64,000 bases of DNA from Eledone cirrhosa. Lineage: Eukaryota. The stretch covers positions 357,368,001 to 357,432,000 of the forward strand of contig OZ024740.1 in assembly GCA_964016885.1 (NCBI GenBank), in the 5' to 3' direction. The notes beneath the pieces were generated by a model. That model had not been told where the DNA came from. It was given only the letters and a program-made list of their open reading frames with translations, and did not search any database. Every line of letters begins with the position of its first letter. Within the stretch, counting starts at the first letter, position 1. The position numbers were made by a program, and so were the translations under genes. Below are positions 1 through 12,085 of this stretch, piece by piece.

Positions 1-870
1 TAACTACTGTTGTTGTAACTACTGTTGTTGTAACTACTGTTGTTGTAACTACTGTTGTTGTGACTACTGTTGTTGTAACTACTGTTGTTGTAACTACTGT
101 TGTTGTAACTACTGTTGTAACTACTATTGTTGTAACTACTGTTGTTGTAACTACTGTTGTTGTAACTACTGTTGTTGTGACTACTGTTGTTGTAACTACT
201 GTTGTTGTAACTACTGTTGTAACTACTATTGTTGTAACTACTTTTGTTGTAACTACTATTGTTGTAACTACTGTTGTTGTAACTACTGTTGTTGTAACTA
301 CTGTTGTTGTGACTACTGTTGTTGTAACTACTGTTGTTGTAACTACTGTTGTAACTACTATTGTTGTAACTACTGTTGTTGTAACTACTGTTGTTGTAAC
401 TACTGTTGTTGTAACTACTGTTGTTGTAACTACTGTTGTTGTAACTACTGTTGTTGCAACTACTGTTGTTGTGACTACTGTTGTTGTAACTACTGTTGTT
501 GTAACTACTGTTGTTGTAACTACTGTTGTTGTAACTACTGTTGTTGTAACTACTGTTGTTGTGACTACTGTTGTTGTAACTACTGTTGTTGTAACTACTG
601 TTGTTGTACCTTCTGTTGTTGTAACTACTGTTGTTGTAACTACTGTTGTTGTGACTACTGTTGTTCTAACTACTGTTATTGTGACTACTGTTGTTGTAAC
701 TACTGTTGTTGTAACTACTGTTGTTGTAACTACTGTTGTTTTAACTACTGTTGTTGTAACTACTGTTGTTGTAACTACTGTTGTTGTAACTACTGTTGTT
801 GTAACTACTGTTGTTGTAACTACTGTTGTTGTAACTACTGTTGTAACTACTGTTGTTGTGACTACTGTTG
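1..870. repeat. 15-bp minisatellite (GTAACTACTGTTGTT)n, with occasional 12-bp units, decaying into (GTT)-rich low complexity to about 1260
   Basis: Direct tandem periodicity from the window start; it explains the TTVVV ORF 60..1139. Confidence 0.95.
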
Positions 871-2210
871 TTGTTTTTGTCGTGATTACTGTTGTTGTTT
901 TTGTAGTCGTCGTTAGTAATGTTGTTTTTGTTGTAGATATTACTGTTGTTTTAGTTGTTGTAATTAAAGTTGTTGTAACTACTGTTGTTTTTGTTGAAAC
1001 AGCTGTTGTTGTTTTTGTTGTTGTTATTACTGTTGTTGTAATTACTATTGTTGTTGTAATTAGTGTTGTTGCTATAGTTGTTTGTTCATATTACTATTTT
1101 CGCTGTCTCTTCGCTTTTCTTAATGCTGTTATCCTCTAATCTGTATTACTGTAATTATTATTGCTATCTTATTTATCTTATTGTTATTACTGTTGCCGTC
1201 GTTGTCGTCATCATTGTGTTTATTGTTGCTGTTATTATTGTTATTGTCGTTGATGTTGTTATATTTCTTTTTTTTTTTCGAAAGCACTCTCCACACCTCC
1301 ACACCTCCACACCTCCACGCTTACATAGATAGTATTAAAGAAAATGAATAAAACAAACATATGATGGAGGGGCAAATGTGAAGAAAAACATTAGGATTCC
1401 CTGAGCATTTTTATCATCACCACCGCCATAGTCGTGGTCATTTTACTGCGTGGTTTTGTTATTATTATTGTTGTTATTATTAGTTTATAAAAATCCAGAT
1501 AGAATTCTATTGACATCCTGACATATGCCAAAAATCTTCTGTCTATCCTTGGCACCCTCTCGACACTTGCTTTGACAACTTATTGTGTGTGATCGACATT
1601 CTAAGCATGCTGCTATGTAGTCATTCTTAGACCATCTGTTTGATGTTACAAATTTTAGGACAGCATGCATATATTGTGCACCACAAATATATACTTTGCC
1701 CGAATTGTTATGAAGTTCGCTTAGCGGTGATGAGGTCTCTGGTTCGATTCACTGCATGTCCTTTACTCTAGATTCTGGTCTACCCAAGCTAAGTGAGGGA
1801 CAGGCGTAAAACGTATAATTCAAAGCGCAACCCTGTATCTCGCTGTCTCATGCTGACTCTGCCCATTTCCTTGAGAATTAATACTAAGTTAATGAGCAAA
1901 CAGTCCAATTGATCGAATGACTGAATGCTCATCGTCGAAGTCAATGAAGATTCATTTACTGAAATACAATGCAGCGAATATCTAAAGTACTATCAGTCCA
2001 AACTACAGATATGCGGATGTGAAATATACATTTCACATCTGCATATCCGTAGGACTGGAATCTGAGTGTTACTTCGAAGTATCCAACATCAAACTACTAC
2101 CTTTGGACCATAGGAGTGGTGAATTCCTTTAATTTTATTGTCACTATTTGAGCGCGTTCATAGCTGAATTGAAAAGGTCAGTATTTCGCGTTCTCATACA
2201 AGTATTTATT

Positions 2211-3281
2211 GTGGAGGTGAACGGTTATATGGCACTGGAGTGGAGGTGAGCGACTATATGACACTGGAGTGGAGGTGAACGACTATATGGCACTGGAGTG
2301 GAGGTGAACGGATAGATCGTACTGGGGTGGAGGTGAACGGATATATGGCACTGGAGTGGAAGTGAACGACTATATGGCACTGGAGTGGAGGTGAACGACT
2401 ATATGACATTGGAGTGGGGGTGAACGGATATATGGCACTGGAGTGGAGGTAAATGACTATATGGTACTGGAGTGGAGGTGAACGACTATATGGCACTGGA
2501 GTGGAGGTCAACGGTTATATGGCACTGGGGTGGGGGTGAACGGATAGATGATACTGGAGTGGGGGTGAACGACTATATGGCACTTGTGTGGAGGTCAACG
2601 GATAGATTGTACTGGAGTGGAGGTGAATGTTTATATCGTACTGGAGTGGAGGTAAATGATTAAATGGCACTAGAGTGAAGGTGAACGCCTATATGGCACT
2701 GGAGTGGAGGTGAACGACTATATGACACTGGAGTGGAGGTGAACAGATATATATGGTACTGGAGTGGAGGTGAACGGATATATGGCATTGGAGTGGAGGT
2801 AAATGACTATATGGTACTGGAGTGGAGGTGAACGACTATATGGCACTGGAGTGAAGTCAACGGTTATATGGCACTGGAGTGGGGGGGGGTGAACGGATAG
2901 ATGATACTGGAGTGGGGGTGAACGACTATATGGCACTTGTGTGGAGGTCAACGGATAGATGGTACTGGAGTGAAGGTGAATGTTTATATCGTACTGGAGT
3001 GGAGGTAAATGACTAAATGGCACTGGAGTAGAGGTGAACGCCTATATGGCACTGGAGTGGAGGTGAACGATTATATGGTACTGGAGTGGGGTGAACAGTT
3101 ATATGGTACTGGAGTGGAGGTGAACGTCTATATGGCACTGGAGTGGAGGTGAGCTGTTATATGATACTGGAGTGAAGGTGAACGACTGTGTGGCACTGGA
3201 GTGGAGGTGAACGACTATATGACACTGGAGTGGAGGTGAATGGATATATGGTACTAGAGTGAAGGTGAACGGTTATATGCC
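2211..3281. repeat. 29-bp minisatellite, consensus GACTATATGGCACTGGAGTGGAGGTGAAC, about 37 copies
   Basis: Tandem units read directly; variant units recur in blocks. Confidence 0.95.
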
Positions 3282-3735
3282 ACAACTTAGCTAGAGTCAA
3301 GTGATTGAAACCAGCAAATGAAATTAAAGAAATAAAGAAATGTTCAGCAAAGAATTTGAAAGGAAACCAGTCTGATAGAACCCTGAGTAAAATACGAGAT
3401 GGAAGATGGTTAATAGTGAAGAAAATAGAGTGAAAAATACGGTTGTAACATTGCAAATCTTTCTCATGTTTCATTAAACTTAACAAAGAAGACAGCTAAA
3501 TAAATATGACTAAATAGTATATGTATATATTCTGTTATTGGATCGGTTGTGAAGCTGTTATTACCAGATGGCAAGACCACACTGAAGTTCTAAACAATCC
3601 CATTGATATTATTGAGAACATGTTACATTTAAGAGTACATACGTATAATACGTACATGCATGCACAAGCTTACACAAACGCGCGCGCACACAAACACATA
3701 CTATACATACATTATATGTGTATATATATATATAC

Positions 3736-3810
<75 letters not shown>

Positions 3811-3874
3811 TATGAATGTGCAATTAAAACACATAGTCAGGGGTAAATATGCATATAAATAAATATATATATAT

Positions 3875-3923
<49 letters not shown>

Positions 3924-3930
3924 TATATAT

Positions 3931-3998
<68 letters not shown>

Positions 3999-4559
3999 GT
4001 GTGTATATAAAAGAAAAGGAGGAAACATTCGTCTGTTATTGCAATATGCATAAAAATATATACATATGTATATATTTAGTAATGTATGTGTGTATGTATT
4101 AATCCGTACATGTATTTATATCAATGCACTGTATGAATAGGTAAGAGGAAAGTCTGAAAGGGCATAATATCTCTGACCGTAAATAGTTAACCAAGCCTCT
4201 CCTTAGTAAGTATTATTCACTAAGAAAGCCATTAAAATGTCATTTTTCTTAGATCAGGCATGTATATGGTAGAGCTAAATGTTTATTGAAACATACAAGA
4301 ATCTGTCTTACAAATCTAGCAATTTTAGTCGCAATGAGAATCGTGAGCCGCACAAATCTCTTTTCTCCACATTCTCGACTAAATTTATAATTCAGTGACA
4401 TGCCCAAAGTAATGTGGTGACACAACCAAAATAACAATCTTCAGTCTTCCACAGATCACAAGTTAAGTGCCATAGGAATGGTTACCTTAACGAGAGCAGA
4501 TTGTGTTCAGAAACCCTGGGTTAAAATAGGCTCCCTGGAGCATTTAGTAATAGGAACGT

Positions 4560-5790
4560 ACAATACAAGGTCACTATTTTAATATGATTAATTCCATAAA
4601 CTGAAAACAGCACAGAGCATAGGGAAAGATGTGATAATTATTTCACAGTTTAATATTGGAAGTGACAAACGTGTGGTAGAGTAAACATTAGAATTAATAG
4701 GAAACTAGAAATTAGTTAGAAAAATAAAGTCACAAGTAAATATACAAGTCATCCAATTGTATGTCAAACAGAAATATGAATATGAAACTGAAATACAAAA
4801 TAGATTTGAAGTTGAATTATGAATTGGAAAACCAAAATGTAGATTTACAGTTTTAAAATATGGTTGACAATATCAGAAGTACTGAACTCAGGGTAGCAAG
4901 GAGAAAGAAACACTAAAAAGAAACGTTGTCTCAAGAAGCACATAGGTTGAAAAGAAGGAAGGAAATGAAAAAGGAAAGCAGCAACCAGAAGGTGGAATCT
5001 GCAGAGACTTGTTAAACTATTAAGAAAGGGATGAAAGGAGAAGCACGAAAATTAAATATGCAAAAATTGAACAAGTGATAGAGGAAAATAAAAACTTTAA
5101 AACAGCAAACAGAAATCTTGTTTTAAGGAAATCACTAATTATTTCTCTGAAATTAAATGTTTATATTCAAATAAGAAGCATTTGAAAGTTCAAGAAATGA
5201 ATGTAGCTAATAAAAACATCAAAAAATGAAATTGGGAATTCATTGAAAATCTGAAAGGCGAAGATAAAGTGTTCATTGTGTTCTTCAAAGAAGATGTCCC
5301 AGTTTGTAAGCAGTTAGTAGATCTCTTCACAAAATGCATCAAATCAAATGAAATCCCCAGCAGCTGGGAAAATGCCAACATCATAGTTCGAGACGAGAAA
5401 GATAACACTATAGATCACACAAACTACAAACCAATCAGCTTGCTGTCTAACTTATACAAACTATTCACTGAAACGCTTGCAAATACAATCTATATTTGTC
5501 TTAACCTTTTATAGTCAATCAAGAGAATAAGAAGGGTGCAGGAGTACGTTTTATCAACCAAGAAAACAGGAAGGGTTCAGGCACAAATTCTATCAACCAA
5601 GAGAACAAGAAGGATTCAGAAGCAAGTTTTATAAACCAAGGGAACAGGAAGAGTTCAGAAGCAAGCGTTTTGTAACAAAGGGAGCAAGAATGATTCAGAC
5701 ACAAGTTTTTAGTAACCAAATGAACAAAAAGGGCTTAGACACAAGTTTGATCAACCAGGAGTCAGAAGTAACTTTTATCAACCTAGAGAG
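4560..5790 (+). mobile_element. Highly decayed RTE-like LINE fragment (end of AP endonuclease to start of RT)
   Basis: FNIGSDKR (SDHR-like) near 4650-4675; ORF 5269..5514 has IPSSWENANII and NYKPISLLSNLYKLFT; followed by QPREQxGFR-like units. Confidence 0.75.
5515..5790 (+). repeat. 39-bp tandem repeat (about 7 degenerate units) derived from the RT motif QPREQAGFR
   Basis: Best unit TATCAACCAAGAGAACAAGAAGGATTCAGAAGCAAGTTT translates as YQPREQEGFRSKF. Confidence 0.8.
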
Positions 5791-6155
5791 TGTTTGAGGA
5801 CTCTTCCCCCACGACACTCTCAGAAATAAGTGGGCGAAGAAGAATATATATATATATATATAAGACCCCGCTTCAGTCACAAGTTCCTCTTTTGTCGAAT
5901 TACCAATCAGATCTGATGATCAGATCGATAATGGAGTCTAGTCCATAACTTCTTGGGTGACCTTGAGCCAATCCTCTGCGAAACACGCGTAACAGGTCGA
6001 TACACAATAAAACTAACATATAAAGGAAACTTCATCGTTTTCCTTAATATATATATATATTAAGGAAAACGCCCCGGGCATTAGGAAGATGACGATTTAC
6101 ATAAGCAAACGTTTATAAATAAACAAATACATAAATAAATAAATAAATAAATACA

Positions 6156-6186
<31 letters not shown>

Positions 6187-6692
6187 ATGCTAACATTTAT
6201 ATAAACAAATAATTTTCGCGTTCCACCAATTAACTTTAAGGCTCAATGCAACAGATGGTACTAGGATGTGTTGATACTTAGCATCTAAATTTGGGCACTA
6301 TTCTCGATATATCCCAGTCATATATTCATGGATCAGATCCGTGTGCTTCTTGTAATCCGTATAAAGAAAGTTTTATCAACGAAGAAAATGGAGGATTGAA
6401 TTACGTTTTATTTCGCAATCTTGATTTTTCTACACATCGATTTATTTTCTTTGAACTTATGCAGTTTTATTGCATAACATTCACGGGCTAAGGAATCAAT
6501 AGAAGCATTTCCTTTAAAGATTAAATATACAAATTATTCCTTAGTCTATGAAAGTTAAGCAATCAAAATTCAAAGATGAAGAAACAATTATCAAATTCCA
6601 CAGTAAAATGTATTCCATCATTCATTGTCTTCGATGATTGATTATATATATATATATATTGGAAAAACTGTTATTATCACTCTTATTTTGGC

Positions 6693-6744
<52 letters not shown>

Positions 6745-6745
<1 letters not shown>

Positions 6746-6870
6746 GGAAAAGAATGAAACGAAATTTCATTTTTCACTCTTAGTACGGCTGATACTTAAA
6801 TGTAAGTATGTATACGTACATACATATATGTATACAGACGTACAGTAGTATGTATATATATACATACATG

Positions 6871-6929
<59 letters not shown>

Positions 6930-7210
6930 GTATGGCTTTACCGAACATTTATTATAATGTTCGGTTTGTTTGTAAACAAACAGCCCGAATTACGCCGTAC
7001 AGTGTTCGGCAACCATCGTCGCCCTTTTGTTCAACACTGACACAGGAGCGATGTACTACTTTCAAGCTTATTAGCTATCGTCAGCATCGTATACCTTCCT
7101 GTCAGATGATTGAACGTTTGAAAGTATATATTTCCTTGTGCATATTAACGGCTGAGCAGCCTAATTTGCATATCGAGTGAGTTAGTCGGCTGGGCGTACC
7201 GAAAACGATA
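6745..7210 (-). mobile_element. Dispersed repeat (Penelope pseudo-LTR or retrozyme-like) with internal (TA)n and a hammerhead motif; uninterrupted copy
   Basis: Reverse-complement match to 22958-23180 plus 28125-28255; direct match of 7088-7207 to 22838-22957; more distant match to 12595-12870. Confidence 0.8.
7049..7089 (-). ncRNA. Minimal type I hammerhead ribozyme (stem III variant)
   Basis: Minus strand reads CGAUG-CUGACGA-U AGCU AAUA AGCU U-GAAA-GUAG-UA-CAUCG; stem I is perfect, C15.2 is changed to G. Confidence 0.6.
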
Positions 7211-7622
7211 AATGGAAAAGTCATAGGAGTTTATAGCTCGGGATAATTCCTATGGGAGTCTCTTCTTCACCATAGAGTCAATAGATAGGAAGCAGAGCGC
7301 ATAGAGAAACAAAAGAGAAAAAAGGAAAAATGAAAATCTGCAAGCTCAAATTGTCAATTTTTTTTTTGGGGGGGGGGGGGGCTCAACCTAGCATTCTCTG
7401 CTCTTATTGCCTTTCGCTATTCAAAGCGAAAATTGGCTTAACACGACATCTTCGCACAGAAGAAAAATCTGTTATTTTCATCTTACCTATATGAGATCAT
7501 GCTCATCTTCGGTAATGAAGGAGGAAGATTAAATATATGTTTGTATCTATGTATACATATATAAATATAGATATATATAATAAATATATACATAAATACA
7601 TATATATATATATATATGTACA

Positions 7623-7717
<95 letters not shown>

Positions 7718-8276
7718 GTGTGAGATAAAACAACCTAAATACAAACCAGTATATATTAATATAAACAAATATTTGTATGTATATATGTATATATATTTGT
7801 GTGTGTGTATATATATATATATATACACACAAATATTTGTTTATATTAATATATACTGGTTTGTATTTAGGTTGTTTTATCTCACCAACTATTTAGACAA
7901 TATTCTCAATTCATGCTTGTTAATGCTCTTGCTGGGACCACCCAGCGGGATTTGTGCTTTTCTATGACATTACCACTATATAACACTTAGGGAGGCAACA
8001 CTTCAAAAGGACCCACAATAGATAGATGGATAGATAGATAGATAGATAGAAATGGAGGGATGCATGCACCTAGTATACTAGTGACGAGGTAAGCATTCTG
8101 GTAGTAATTATCGTTGCATGAGGTAAGGGTAATATTGTCTACAACAGTGACAAGATAATATTAAAGTTGTCATTGTTGTGATACATTCTTGTCATATAAC
8201 ACTGTATATAGCATGAGACAACCACTTTGTGTGTCTTGGAAAACAAAATAAAACAAGTTTCTTGCATAGTCTTCAC

Positions 8277-8436
8277 CAGGGCCGTCTTAACGCATGGGCA
8301 TGCTGGGCAGTTTCCCGGGGGCCCCACGAGGATAGGGGACCCATTTGTATTTTTATTCCTGTGAGTGGTTGTGTAGGTAAGGGCCCCAGTGCTCTGCTTT
8401 GCCCGGGGGGCCTATAATGCTGTTAAGACGGTCCTG
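8277..8436. mobile_element. hAT-type MITE, 160 bp
   Basis: TIRs CAGGGCCGTCTTAAC / GTTAAGACGGTCCTG; perfect 8-bp TSD GTCTTCAC (8269-8276 and 8437-8444). Confidence 0.9.
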
Positions 8437-8453
8437 GTCTTCACCGTTCCGAA

Positions 8454-8555
<102 letters not shown>

Positions 8556-8559
8556 ATGT

Positions 8560-8634
<75 letters not shown>

Positions 8635-8662
8635 AGAAAGAGAGAGAGAGAGTGAGAGAGAG

Positions 8663-8693
<31 letters not shown>

Positions 8694-8882
8694 GTGAGAG
8701 AGAGAGAGAGAGAGATGTGTGTCTACATGTGAGGAGCTTCCGATTGTAGAGTCAGGAACGATCATTAATCGATCGTTCCTCGAGCTGATCGGCAGTGAAA
8801 CATGTAATATGTAATTAAATAGGTTTATAATGCAATACTGATTCTGTGTTCCCTATTTGTTATTATCATTAGTATTATCCAA

Positions 8883-9112
8883 GGGCGGTGGATTGGCAGT
8901 ATCGGTAGATGGTCGGACGCCATGCTGTGCAGCATAGAGTTACGTCCCTTTATGATCTGAGTTCAAATGCCCCCAAGGTTAACTTTACCTTTCATCCTTA
9001 CGGGGTCGATGAAATAAAGTACCAGTCACGCACTGGGGTCGATTTCATCGACTTTCCCCTCCGCCAAAATTGCTGGCCTTGTGCCTATATAAGCAATTAT
9101 TATTATTATTAT
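8883..9112 (+). mobile_element. SINE family A (tRNA-like head, central CCTTTCATCCTTACGGGGTCGATAAAATAAAGTACCAG core, (ATT)n tail)
   Basis: B-box-like GAGTTCAAAT; at least 14 further copies in the window; the core resembles the Meta/MESC-type conserved SINE domain (from memory, unverified). Confidence 0.85.
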
Positions 9113-12085
9113 TGATCTGTTCGGGCGTCTTTTTGCTCGCTCCCAGTAAGTCGCTTTATTTACCTGTTATAATTATTTGTTGTTAAATTTCCTTGTTGTG
9201 TAAGGGATATAAGCCCTTGGACTTTGCCCTGTGAATGGGGAAAGTATAATATTTGGGCCTTTTGGTCCAAATATTTGAACATTTTACTTTTAAAAATAAA
9301 AAAAAACAAAAGCATGTCTGAGCCACGCCCCACAGCAATATGTCTGCTGTCGTGTGACAACGGCATAAAAACTGAGAGGAGGGTTACAGAAATTGATACA
9401 ACAAACAACACCACAAAGAACGTGAACAACGACAACAACACTGAGAACACTAGTTTTAAAAAAATTACCATACCAACTACAACAATAACAGCGACACCCA
9501 AAATACAGACAACAGAAAAAAATGACAACAAATTAACGATGTTAACACCACTAACAAGAAAATAAACAACAACAACACCAACAGCAACAATACAAATTGC
9601 ACCGAAAACAAGAACGGTGGCACCAAAAACACAACCAACTACAACAGTGATAACAGCAACAACACCAACAACACCGTTTGTAGCAGTAGCAACAGCAACA
9701 GCACCAACAACAAGACCAGTAGCAGCAGTAGCGGCAGCAATAATGGTGCCGCTGAAAAAGAGGCCACTTCTTTCGCCGGTGTGGCCCGAAATATAGAGAC
9801 AGTGCTAGCCACGGAGGAGGAGATGGCAGTCGCAAGAGCCATGGTGACAAGAAATGACAATAGAGTTTCCCTGAAACCTCCACCCGATTTCTTCAAAGAC
9901 ACGCAGCTGCACACGATGACTTACCGCACTGTAAGCAAAATGTCACATCGGGTGGAGAGAGCCACGGAGGCTCAAATCCAAAAGGCCTTGGGGTGCGTCT
10001 GGGCGCGCAAAACCCACATCACCCGAGGCAAAAAGTACGCCACAGTAGACGTACTTTTCGCCACCCCCCAAGTGGCAAAGTCTCACTCTTTGGAAACTCT
10101 GCGGGCATAAAATTGTGAGGGTCAAAGTGACCCTGGTCCTGCCCGACGTACCCATACCTTGGCTGGCCGCGTCTGTACTTGCTGGAATCGAGGAGAAGAC
10201 CACCATACTGTAAATATAGAGAATGGGAAGAGAGAACTGGTCAGGAATAAGCATGCAAATGCTAATACAAACTGACCAGGAGTGCATCGAGGCCATCCCA
10301 GATATCATATACCTCGAGGAAGGACTCCAACTCCCTATAAGCGTGTAAGGAAGGCGCCCAAAGTGCTATCTCTGTGGGTAGAAGGGTCACCTTAGGGCCT
10401 TCTGCCCGCAGAAGACAGCCAAGAAGAGCCCCCCCCCCTCCTTCGACGCCTGATCCGCTGCTACCAAGACCAGGTCAGGCAACAGAGGCAGAAGACCCTT
10501 CCATGGTGAGTAGGAGGGCAACGTCCGTGGACCCATACCAAGGCCACGGACAACTAAAACAGCAGCAGCAGTGCCGGCAACACCAACAGTCGCAGGAGCT
10601 ACACCAGCGGCAATATCGCCGGAGCGGGCTCCACTACCACCACCAACAGCAGTGTAGCTCATACCTCTCCCAGACACCATGGAATCCGACATGGAGTATG
10701 AAGCGGGAGGGAGGTGGCAAACGGTCTGCCATAAAAAAAATAAAAAAAACCCTTAGCTTCACCCTCCAAAAGCGAAGGCAAACAAAGAGGGGTAAAGGCT
10801 GCAAGGAGACTTGCAGCAACACCACCACCATCACCATCACCACCACAAGTATCACCACCAACAACAACCACACCACCACCAGCATCACCAAAAACACCAA
10901 CATCGCAAACACAACAAAGCACACACCTAACAGCAACAACAAGAAAACAGCAACAAAACCACGCCTCCCCAAAAAGTATACAGCCATAAACATGGCAAAT
11001 AAAGAACTCTTACAACATATAAAGCAGCACACAGACATCACAGAAAAAACTACTACACCCCACCAACACCAAGAACTCTCCCGAAAAATATAAACATCAT
11101 TGAAATTAAAATAGAACATTACAAACGTTAAAAAGAAAAATTCCCAACGCAGTTGGAAACTTTAGAGAGTCGGTTACCAAGAGGATATACACCGACATCA
11201 TCTTCGAAACACCCATAACCAGCCAAAGGGACGGTTCTACTGTCCCTTCCCCACAAGATCAAGGTAAGTGATCCTTTCTCACTTACCCCGTTTCTCATCC
11301 AACATGGCCGTACAATAGGCAGTATAAATGTACGTGGCCTGGGGTCATCTTGGAAGCAGGCTCACCTGCTCAACGACTTCATGTCACTAAACATAGATGT
11401 GGTGGCCATCAGCGATACCAGAATCTCCGATGCACGAGCCTTCGCACCGATCTTCGGTGGCTACGATGTATACGCATCTCCCAGCCGTCCAGGATCGGGG
11501 GGAGGAGTTGCTGTGCTTTTTCGGAGAGGCTTGGATCTCGCCATACGGGCCATCTTCCTGGACCCAGAAGGTAAGTCGGTGGTGCTGCATGTGACCGGCA
11601 GTGAAGGCAATGATTTCAGGCTAGTAGCCGTCTACGCCCCAACAGGAGCAGGACGGCCAGATTTCTTCAGACGTCTAGAGACCTTTTTTGTCGCCCACTA
11701 ACACTAAAGAGCGGGACCTAAAGAGCGGGACCTAAAGAGCGGGACCTAAAGAGCGGGACGCTCTTTAGTGTTAGTGGGTGACTGGAACGGTATCTTAGAT
11801 GCACGCTGGGATTATGTGGGGCTAGTAGACAGAGCAGGAGGGTGCAAAAGCCTCAACAACCTGCTCAGACGTTTTGAACTGTCTGACAGGAATAGACTGG
11901 ATTATCCGTATGTGCCAATGTGGACATGGGCAAACCGCATCGGGTCATCCAGATCGTATTTAGATAGGGTATTCTGTAGGAAAACAGATAAGGCTAGTGT
12001 AGGTTGTCCACAATTTAAAGTAGTCGACTACACGGACCAAAAATTTGTGATCTGTGAAGTTGACTTAGATAGACTCATATAATTA
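9113..12085 (+). mobile_element. Tx1/L1-clade non-LTR retrotransposon, 3'-truncated and disrupted (ORF1 with zinc knuckle, ORF2 AP endonuclease)
   Basis: KCYLCG*KGHLRAFCP (CX2CX4HX4C) at about 10341-10408; ORF2 from about 11304 has IGSINVRGL, AVYAP, LVGDWNGILD, WTW, SYLDRVF, YTDQKFV; stops and frameshifts; no RT seen. The 5' boundary is approximate. Confidence 0.85.

Noticed and set aside
60-1139. 359-aa Thr/Val-rich ORF resembling a mucin or structural protein
   Set aside because: It is the translation of a stop-free 15-bp minisatellite; there is no ATG start, signal peptide, splice context or unique domain.
2211-3281. CRISPR-like 29-bp periodicity
   Set aside because: Units are contiguous with no unique spacers, no cas genes are present, and the context is eukaryotic.
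3521-4051. ORFs rich in [16 protein letters not shown] here and throughout the window
   Set aside because: Read-through of (TA)n, (CA)n and (GA)n microsatellites.
6230-6640. Possible decayed Penelope coding fragment on the minus strand (DWDISRI-like)
   Set aside because: Too many stops and too short a match to support by eye; needs TBLASTX.
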